From an uncultured bacterium (lineage in GTDB: Bacteria > Oederibacteriota > PGYV01 > CAWJRG01): 64,000 nucleotides of DNA. The stretch lies in contig CAWJRG010000009.1 of assembly GCA_963845185.1 (NCBI GenBank), positions 832,001 through 896,000 of the forward strand, read 5' to 3'. Shown here piece by piece: positions 57,026-64,000 of this stretch. The translations under genes and the position numbers were made by a program. Numbering within the stretch: position 1 is the stretch's first letter; the number at the start of each line of letters is the position of its first letter. Below the pieces are notes generated by a model, which was not told the DNA's origin, did no database searches, and worked only from the letters and a program-made list of their open reading frames with translations.

Positions 57026-57646
57026 TTACCCGTGAAGGAAGTAATTAACCTTATACGTATCCCCCAGTTTAAACGGCGTGCCGTGGCCGGGATAGACCAT
57101 GCAGTCCCTGCTGAACGAATTAAAAATTTTAAGTGAATTCCTGAGTTTCTTGCTGTCGCCGCCGGGCAAGTCAGTCCTGCCGACAGTATCCTCAAACAAA
57201 GTATCCCCGGTAAAAATATTATCCCCTATTTTTATAATGCAGCCCCCGGGCGTATGGCCAGGGGTATGGTAAATATCAATATCTTTGAACATTGAGCCTT
57301 GAACGTTGAGCTTTAAATTATATCTATCCCCCGAGAAAAAATTTATTCCTGTTATGCTTAAATCCCCGCCAGCCAAAGCAGCGAGGTTCTTTTTCGGGTC
57401 TGAAAGGATTGGTTTCTCGTCGGCATGCGCGTAAATTATTTCTTTCAGGAAATTATGGAGCGACATTATGTGGTCGCCGTGGCCGTGCGTGAGCAGGATT
57501 CCTACTATCGTAGATTGTTGAGTGTTGATTGTTGATTGGATGGATTCATAAGGCGCGCCCGGGTCTATAATCAAAGCTTCTTTTCCGTCAATGACTATAT
57601 ATGTATTTTCCTCAAATTCATTTTCAACAATGGTATGGATTTTCAT
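57026..57646 (-). CDS. MBL-fold metallo-hydrolase (glyoxalase II-like)
   Basis: THGHGDH, TPGHTPG, FTGDTLF...GRTDLPGGD, YPGHG. Confidence 0.93.
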   Translation of the reverse strand: MKIHTIVENEFEENTYIVIDGKEALIIDPGAPYESIQSTINTQQSTIVGILLTHGHGDHIMSLHNFLKEIIYAHADEKPILSDPKKNLAALAGGDLSITGINFFSGDRYNLKLNVQGSMFKDIDIYHTPGHTPGGCIIKIGDNIFTGDTLFEDTVGRTDLPGGDSKKLRNSLKIFNSFSRDCMVYPGHGTPFKLGDTYKVNYFLHG

Positions 57647-57655
57647 GTGATTTGT

Positions 57656-58654
57656 TTAATTTCCCTGATATAATGTTGCCCATGTATCATCAATCCCCCA
57701 TAAAGTCTGGCATCCAGACCCGCATGATGAATACCCTTCACCGTCGTCTATGTAACCTCTACCATTATACACGCAAAATGCGGGCGCGTATCTCGGCGAA
57801 AAATATCCACCCTTGAATTTTAATTTCCAATTAATGCCGTCATTTGAAACCCATGCGTCATTCATATATGAATTGGCATTTCCGTTATAGCCGGCTATAA
57901 CCCAGATCTGGTTGTTCAGGACAAAGCACGCGAAATTTTCCCTTGCGCTGAAAGCTGTATTTGAGACTGCGCAGGCCCAGTTTGCCCCGTCGCTCGAGGA
58001 CCAGACGTCGTTCATTGCCTGCCCTGAATTTCCGGCTATCATCCACAGCTTGTTGTTGAAATTAACTCCTCCATGGCCAGTCCTTGTGCCGTATGCCGCG
58101 GCGTTTGTGGCAGTGTTCCATGTAATACCGTCCGGCGACCACCAGACGCCTGCCCCGCCCATGACCCACATGTCGTTATTATACACGACGCATGTATGGC
58201 CCGACACGTTAAAAGGGGCTGTGCTTGTATCCACGGCCCATGTTATGCCTTCGGTTGAGGAATAAACATTGCTGCCGATAATCACCCACATGCTGTTGTT
58301 AAATACCACGCATGTATGGCTGCTTATTGCGCCCATTGTCGTATTTGTGGCGGCCGTATACCAGGTCCCGCCATCCGTTGAACTCAATACATCGCTATAT
58401 ACAGTAGATGACCAACCCCCAAGCATACCGGCTATTATCCATAATTTCCCATTGTAGGAACACATAGTATGATAGCATCTACATAAATGAATCGTATCAA
58501 ATTCCCCCGAATCCGACTCCCCCATGTTGCCAAACCAATATGTCTGGTCAAATAAAGGGATAAGCTCTTTAAAAGACGACGTAGGGGTATGCTTTGAGCA
58601 TCCATAAACAAAGAAAATCAACACAATGCCCATGAAAACGCTCCTTAATTTCAT
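57656..58654 (-). CDS. Kelch-like beta-propeller lipoprotein
   Basis: VYGC lipobox; H.CVV.NN.MWV and NDVWSS.DG..W repeats; paralogue of 11459-12439. Confidence 0.85.
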   Translation of the reverse strand: MKLRSVFMGIVLIFFVYGCSKHTPTSSFKELIPLFDQTYWFGNMGESDSGEFDTIHLCRCYHTMCSYNGKLWIIAGMLGGWSSTVYSDVLSSTDGGTWYTAATNTTMGAISSHTCVVFNNSMWVIIGSNVYSSTEGITWAVDTSTAPFNVSGHTCVVYNNDMWVMGGAGVWWSPDGITWNTATNAAAYGTRTGHGGVNFNNKLWMIAGNSGQAMNDVWSSSDGANWACAVSNTAFSARENFACFVLNNQIWVIAGYNGNANSYMNDAWVSNDGINWKLKFKGGYFSPRYAPAFCVYNGRGYIDDGEGYSSCGSGCQTLWGIDDTWATLYQGN

Positions 58655-58668
58655 ATATTTCTCCTTTT

Positions 58669-59421
58669 TTATGGCGCGCCAAAAATAATATCAGCCAGGA
58701 TATAAAATCCGGAAAAATCAAACGGAATATCCTTATAAGCATACGGGCCCTGGCTTGATACATAACGATAACCTGTCTTAAGAGTGAAATTTGGCCAGTT
58801 TATATTTATTATATCGCAGCCTATCTCAACTTTTCCGCTTATGTTTAATCCAGAGCCGGGCGTAACGACCTCTGAGTACTGCGCCCCGTCCGAATAATAC
58901 GTAACCAGGGTGGTATCGCCCGTCCTAAAAAAAACACCGAAGTCCACTCCCAAATACGGGTTAAATCCGGAAGCGTGCTTGTATTCAGAAAAATATTTTC
59001 TAAAACCGGGCGCCAAATAATACAGGTCGAGGTTATTGATAATATTATATGCTGACTGCTTATTATTGTAATAGATGGAACTTTCATATTTTGTATTAAG
59101 TATCCCGGTACTTATATAAAAAGCCATTATGTTATTTGGATTTTCCCCAAAAATCCAGGCTATCGTCGCGTCATATGGCAAGAGTATATTTATATTCTTT
59201 AATGTCCCGGCAAGCCCCATGGCCTCATATGTCTGATTCAACTCGTTTATCTTGTTGTTAAAATCATACATGGAAGCATAATAAAAACCCGCCCCGGCTT
59301 CAAGCCTGAATTCATACAAATCAATTTTTGCTTCAAGGCTGAAAGCAAATAATAAAAAGAAGGTTAGTATGGAATAAAGTTTGACAAGAGTCCCTGCCTT
59401 GAATTTTAAATTCCGCCCCAT
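58669..59421 (-). CDS. Putative outer-membrane beta-barrel protein
   Basis: Signal peptide, alternating aromatic strands, FNPYLG, GYRYV, DFSGF.I...I.F end. Confidence 0.65.
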   Translation of the reverse strand: MGRNLKFKAGTLVKLYSILTFFLLFAFSLEAKIDLYEFRLEAGAGFYYASMYDFNNKINELNQTYEAMGLAGTLKNINILLPYDATIAWIFGENPNNIMAFYISTGILNTKYESSIYYNNKQSAYNIINNLDLYYLAPGFRKYFSEYKHASGFNPYLGVDFGVFFRTGDTTLVTYYSDGAQYSEVVTPGSGLNISGKVEIGCDIININWPNFTLKTGYRYVSSQGPYAYKDIPFDFSGFYILADIIFGAP

Positions 59422-59587
59422 ATTTTCTCCCGTTTTTTAGTTTTATATTTTTCCTCCTGTTATCTTAATTACTGTATTAAATTATACTTTATTAAAGTTG
59501 TTTTTTCAAGATTGTTATAGTAATAGTTTTTTTCATAATCATTTTCAACAATGGTAAAAATCCGCATATGGATTTTTTTGACTGAAA

Positions 59588-60346
59588 TTATTGTATTGAA
59601 ACCGAATCTATATAAATCGTACCTTTAAAAGGTCCAGGCTCCGTGCAGTTAGGCGGTGAAGTCGCCGTGCACAGGCCCAAGCCGATCTTAATGCCCCAGA
59701 CAAAATAGTTATCTGGGCTTTCGCCATTCTGCGCAAATGTCTTGCCGTTAGAGGCTGGGTCGGATGTACTTGAACATAACATTTCATCTACAGGGGCGGA
59801 TATTTTGTTCCATATACCGGGCGTACTGCCTGACGGAGTGCTGAGATTCTCCCATCCATTGGTACCCGGCCCCTGATACCAGTGATAACTTCCGGAAACC
59901 TGGATAAAAAAACTTCCGCCGTCAGGCTGGCTTGAATTAAACATGTTTGCAGGCGCCCAGACATAGGCTGTAATGGTTTTGTGGCTAAGAATCATACCCG
60001 GTGCCGTAATGGCAATGACACCGCCGCCATGGTTTGAGTCCGGGGTTGGGCCCGAGTAAAAATTGCAATCAAGCTTAAGCGAACTATAGCCTGCGTAAGC
60101 CACATCAGCTGATATGGTTTCCGATGTAAACCCAATATTATCAGTTATCGCACTAATGCTAAACCCGTCATTAGCACCTAAACCATCGTATGGTTCAAAC
60201 GGGTAAGTTGCTTTATCCACAGTGAGCCCGGAGCCTGATTCAACTGCCGAAGTCGGATAGGATTTTATCTCTCCGCATCCGAAAATTGCAGCTATAGCCA
60301 GCAGCGCTATTGCCATAAAAGCCAGAACAATTTTAAAATTTGCCAT
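59588..60346 (-). CDS. Hypothetical lipoprotein (possible carbohydrate-binding jelly-roll)
   Basis: IFGC lipobox; YPFE...G.SSLKL...GTIYIDSV end. Confidence 0.65.
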   Translation of the reverse strand: MANFKIVLAFMAIALLAIAAIFGCGEIKSYPTSAVESGSGLTVDKATYPFEPYDGLGANDGFSISAITDNIGFTSETISADVAYAGYSSLKLDCNFYSGPTPDSNHGGGVIAITAPGMILSHKTITAYVWAPANMFNSSQPDGGSFFIQVSGSYHWYQGPGTNGWENLSTPSGSTPGIWNKISAPVDEMLCSSTSDPASNGKTFAQNGESPDNYFVWGIKIGLGLCTATSPPNCTEPGPFKGTIYIDSVSIQ

Positions 60347-60353
60347 GTTTTTA

Positions 60354-60442
60354 CCTCCGTTTTAAATAATTTTTAATTGTCAATTCTCAATTATCAATTA
60401 ACTTCCGTAATTGAAAATTGAAAACTTTTAATTGATAATTGT
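60354..60442. repeat. AT-rich heptamer-repeat palindromic intergenic element
   Basis: aattgtc/aattctc/aattatc then inverted aattgaa/aattgat; same flank as 11366-11455. Confidence 0.65.
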
Positions 60443-60444
60443 TA

Positions 60445-63015
60445 CTAGTATCCTTTCTTATTTATTTCATCCGCGTATTTGATGAATGTATTTACTATGT
60501 CAATGTCGTTCGCTGTAAATTCATTTCCGTCGCCCCATGGATAATCAGGGTCCACGAGGAACCAGTAATCAGCTCCGTTGCCGCCGAGCGTATAAAAATC
60601 ATTCAGCATAAAATTTATCCAATCCGCCCTCGGATACTCATCCTGCCCTTTTGCAATACCGAACTCTTCCATTACAATGGGTTTCTTCAGGACCTCGTGG
60701 CTGTCCTTTATCCATCTTTTAAGTAAAAAATCAACCGTACTTTTTGAATAATGGTTCCACTCCGACGCCGGGTATATATGGAAAGTCGTAAAATCTATGT
60801 CCTTTGACTGCTGGCAAAGTATAAAATCCGTGCCTGAATAATGCTGGCCGTTGTTAAGGTAATACCCCTCGAGACCTGCCGTCACCATGTGGTTTTTGTC
60901 CAGTGATTTTACATAGGCAGCCATTTCACTAATCCACGCTGCCATTGTTTTTGCGCTGGTGTCATCCCTGTCCCATGGTTCGTTGCACAAATCCCACGCG
61001 AATATTGTCGGGTCGTCCTTGTATAAAATGCCGTTGACAGTGTTTTTCCTTAAAACAAGTTTTTGCACGCTCTGCCTGTAGTATTCCTTTGCCTTGTCGT
61101 TTGTCCAGAAACCGTCCTTTGCAACGCCCGCCCATTTCGCCAGGATTTTCGCGCCGCCGTTATAATCCCAGTTATCCACGAAACACAGCGTTATGCGCAT
61201 GCCGTGTTTTTTAGCCGAATCAAGCATGCTGTCAATATTTTTATATGCCTGCTCGTCGAAAAAATCCGGGCCTATCCTCAAATACCTGTGCTCTTTAGTA
61301 TACAATTCCTTGTTTATGGTGTCCATGCTTTCGCCTTCCTGCATGGTGAAAACCCTCATATTTTTTAACCCTATTTTTTTCGCTTCAGAAAATATGTAAC
61401 CGGTAATGTCGTGATTATATTTCTTCGCGTAATCCATGTATTTGGAATACCTTAAATAATAATTTTCAGAACCAAGGAATTTATAAACTTTGTTTCCGTC
61501 GTAAAAATCCGCGCCCTTTGCCTTTATGAAATTAGAGCTTGTGCTGAACGGCCTTGCAGTCATACCGACGAGCTTTTTTGTTTTAAAGCTGAAAACCTGC
61601 GATATCCCGGCTTCCGCCTGGTCGCTTGCCTTTATAATAAACATGTATTTCGTCTCAGGTTTTAGGCCCTCGAGTTTAATGCCCGCTTTTTTGTCTTTCA
61701 GCGTTATTTTATCAGTGAAAGCCCTCAACGGCAGCTCTTCGCCGTAAAAAATGCATGCTTCGGCCCCTGGTTTTGCCGCGAAATCGATAATTGCCCCATC
61801 CTTGCCTTCTTTTATTTTTACGTCCGATATGGTAATGGACGAGGTTTCCTGGTTCATTATACCGCCTGATTTGGCAGCTTCTTTAAAAGCCTGAATCGTT
61901 TTTTCATCCCCAATATCAAAAACGCCGGGCTTTTTCGCGTAATCTCCCATGCCTGAGTTGTTGTAAATAAGAGCAGTGCCGAAATCAAAAAATACTTTCG
62001 ATATCTCAAAAGCATCCATGGCCGAGCCGTTATAATCGCTGAAACCCATTATAACCGGCTTATTGACATTTTTATAAAACATGCTGTTAAAGCCGATAAC
62101 CGCCTGTATTGTTGCTTTCAAGTCGCCCTTTTCTTCAAGTGACGCGTTATAATAGGCAAAATCAATGTCAGGAATTAAAAACAGGTCAAAGGAATTTATC
62201 CTGTCAGCCGAATTTATTGGCTGTTTCACGCTTATGGTTACAAAATGGTTTTTGTCAATTGATTTTATGTAGGAAGACATCTCGCCGGCCCATGCGTAAA
62301 GCATAGAACCGTCCGCGTCGTTTTCATCCTCGGTCCCGTTGCACAAATCCCACGCAAGAACAGCCGGGTCATCAGAGTATTTTATTCCGGTTACGGTATT
62401 TTGCCTGGATATAATCCTGGCAGCGAACATTTTATAATATTCCCTGCTTATTTTATCCTGGAACAGCACGTTGTCGTTTGACCCGCCCGTCCACTGCCTG
62501 TATGCTTTCTTGCCACCGTAATCCGGGTTGTTGTCGCATAATGCCACAATCAATTTTATGCTGTTTTTTGCCGCGGCTGACACGATATAATCCAGCTTCT
62601 TAAATGCCTCTTCGTTATATTTCCCGAAGCCGGTTTCAAAAGCGTATGGTTTGTCTCCCCTGTATGACGCGAGGATTTTTACTATTTTTACATCCGCCTG
62701 CTTGAAAGCAGCAAAAGCCGAGTCTATCTGCTTTTCGTCGAGTGTTGCCATATAAGACGCGCTTACACCGGTCATTTTGACGACTTGCTTGTCCATCATC
62801 AAATTACTGCCTTTAATGCTGAAATCGTTTGCTGAAGATGCCGGCTTTTTTATGTGCTTTGCCTCTGCTTTTACCGCAGCAGGCGCTGTTGCCGCCTGTG
62901 TTATTGCAGGCGTTGCAGCCTGCTGCTGGCTGGTTTGCGCAGCAGCAGGATTAAATATCAAAAACAAGACAAAAGACAGTATTAAAATAACTTTTTTCAT
63001 TTCTTTCATAATCAT
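60445..63015 (-). CDS. Secreted protein with tandem GH5 (mannanase-like) domains separated by an Fn3-like domain
   Basis: C-terminal domain: R.NTVNG..YKDDPTIFAWDLCNEP and KPIVMEEFG. N-terminal copy: YSDDPAVLAWDLCNGT. Linker: L.GLKP.TKY. Confidence 0.85.
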   Translation of the reverse strand: MIMKEMKKVILILSFVLFLIFNPAAAQTSQQQAATPAITQAATAPAAVKAEAKHIKKPASSANDFSIKGSNLMMDKQVVKMTGVSASYMATLDEKQIDSAFAAFKQADVKIVKILASYRGDKPYAFETGFGKYNEEAFKKLDYIVSAAAKNSIKLIVALCDNNPDYGGKKAYRQWTGGSNDNVLFQDKISREYYKMFAARIISRQNTVTGIKYSDDPAVLAWDLCNGTEDENDADGSMLYAWAGEMSSYIKSIDKNHFVTISVKQPINSADRINSFDLFLIPDIDFAYYNASLEEKGDLKATIQAVIGFNSMFYKNVNKPVIMGFSDYNGSAMDAFEISKVFFDFGTALIYNNSGMGDYAKKPGVFDIGDEKTIQAFKEAAKSGGIMNQETSSITISDVKIKEGKDGAIIDFAAKPGAEACIFYGEELPLRAFTDKITLKDKKAGIKLEGLKPETKYMFIIKASDQAEAGISQVFSFKTKKLVGMTARPFSTSSNFIKAKGADFYDGNKVYKFLGSENYYLRYSKYMDYAKKYNHDITGYIFSEAKKIGLKNMRVFTMQEGESMDTINKELYTKEHRYLRIGPDFFDEQAYKNIDSMLDSAKKHGMRITLCFVDNWDYNGGAKILAKWAGVAKDGFWTNDKAKEYYRQSVQKLVLRKNTVNGILYKDDPTIFAWDLCNEPWDRDDTSAKTMAAWISEMAAYVKSLDKNHMVTAGLEGYYLNNGQHYSGTDFILCQQSKDIDFTTFHIYPASEWNHYSKSTVDFLLKRWIKDSHEVLKKPIVMEEFGIAKGQDEYPRADWINFMLNDFYTLGGNGADYWFLVDPDYPWGDGNEFTANDIDIVNTFIKYADEINKKGY

Positions 63016-63088
63016 CCTCCTAATATTTATTACCTACCGGTAGAGACACGCCATGACGTGTCTCTACATAAATAATATGCAGTATTGT

Positions 63089-64000
63089 TTAAAAATATCC
63101 TCTAAGCGTAACCATTGCCCTGTTAATCGTATCGTCTGTCAGGTCGTCGAGCCAGTAACCCGTGAACGGCTTTACCCCGTAAATTAAATCCAGAACAATG
63201 CTTCCCCAGATCACATGTTCGAGGTCCAGGTAAAAATCCGTGTGAGGAATGTCGGTCTTGTAACTCGTGCCCATCACTTTATAATCCAGTGTTATTTTTG
63301 TGTTTTTGCTGAATTTATAACCTATCTCCGTGTATCCCGTCATCCTGTTGATGTTGCTATTTGAATACGTGCCGTTTGCCACCGAATATTCAGGATTATC
63401 AAACAACTTTTCCCACCTGCCCAGCAGGCTGATGGTAAAATAATTTGTAACAAGTAGTTTGGTCGAGAGGTTGAGCGTATAGGAAGGCACGCGGGTATCC
63501 ACGGTCTGGCTCGGCCCGATCTTGTTGCCCTCATAATCATACCTGAAATAAATATCGTAATTATAGATTGCCAGCGACTGGTCATTTTTCAGCTCCAGCC
63601 TGGCCGCGTGCCTTTGATAAGCCGACCCCACTGCCGAGGCGCTTGTCAAATCTTCATCGTATTGAAACATCATCTGCGTGTTGCGTATGAAAGCGTACCA
63701 TCCGGCCGACAACGCCTTGATTATCGAGAAAGGCGGCACCTCATCCATTATATACGTGAGGGTTGCGAGTTCGGCTTCTTCTCCTGATTTATAGTCCCTG
63801 TTTATATAATCGTCCGGGAACCAATAGTCCAGTTTTCTATAATTCACGTCAAATGTCAGCGGCCCGCTGTTTACATCGCCGGTAACATAAACAAAAGGTT
63901 TCGGCGAATTACTTATATTTTGGCTGACCGCGTCCGACGCCGCATAGACTCCCCCCTGCTGGGGGTTGTAAAGCATGTAAACCGGCTGGTAATCGTCATA
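63089..64000 (-). CDS. C-terminal part of a putative outer-membrane beta-barrel protein (runs off the window end)
   Basis: Frame open to 64000; amphipathic strands ending ...VTLRGYF. Confidence 0.6.
   Translation of the reverse strand, partial: YDDYQPVYMLYNPQQGGVYAASDAVSQNISNSPKPFVYVTGDVNSGPLTFDVNYRKLDYWFPDDYINRDYKSGEEAELATLTYIMDEVPPFSIIKALSAGWYAFIRNTQMMFQYDEDLTSASAVGSAYQRHAARLELKNDQSLAIYNYDIYFRYDYEGNKIGPSQTVDTRVPSYTLNLSTKLLVTNYFTISLLGRWEKLFDNPEYSVANGTYSNSNINRMTGYTEIGYKFSKNTKITLDYKVMGTSYKTDIPHTDFYLDLEHVIWGSIVLDLIYGVKPFTGYWLDDLTDDTINRAMVTLRGYF

Noticed and set aside
56523..57195. Short ORFs 56523-56789, 56609-57013 and 57010-57195
   Set aside because: They are translations of the REP mosaic or alternative frames of the MBL gene.
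1227..63043. All other plus-strand ORFs in the track (e.g. 2085-2936, 42061-42984, 44956-45789)
   Set aside because: They overlap well-supported minus-strand genes or repeat clusters and show no recognisable motifs.

Overview
Bacterial chromosomal segment in which every credible gene lies on the minus strand. Housekeeping and energy genes are porCDAB, nfnAB/sudBA-type transhydrogenase, phoH-ybeY-CBS transporter, aspS, ychF and a membrane pyrophosphatase. They are interleaved with many accessory lipoprotein genes (RCC1, kelch, YD, FGE-sulfatase/CLec, Gly-rich), GH5/GH9 glycoside hydrolases and an unusual density of small palindromic and heptamer repeats. The gene content suggests an anaerobic, diderm polysaccharide degrader; the taxon cannot be established from this window. 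Mobile and defence elements: a partial IS1182-family element, a complete group II intron, and an AT-rich restriction-modification island bracketed by a duplicated gene. Three observations stand out. (1) The group II intron sits in a lipoprotein gene immediately after its ATG-A, has an EBS1 complementary to the start-codon context, and carries its own Shine-Dalgarno plus in-frame ATG in domain VI, so the host gene appears translatable whether or not the intron is spliced. (2) A full-length LexA is fused to an m4C methyltransferase upstream of an MvaI/BcnI-like nuclease, with a CTGT-N8-ACAG operator filling the spacer of a consensus sigma70 promoter, which suggests a DNA-damage-gated R-M system. 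(3) A repeated, covarying two-hairpin element lies directly upstream of ribosome-binding sites. All calls come from reading the sequence and ORF track only; no searches were run.
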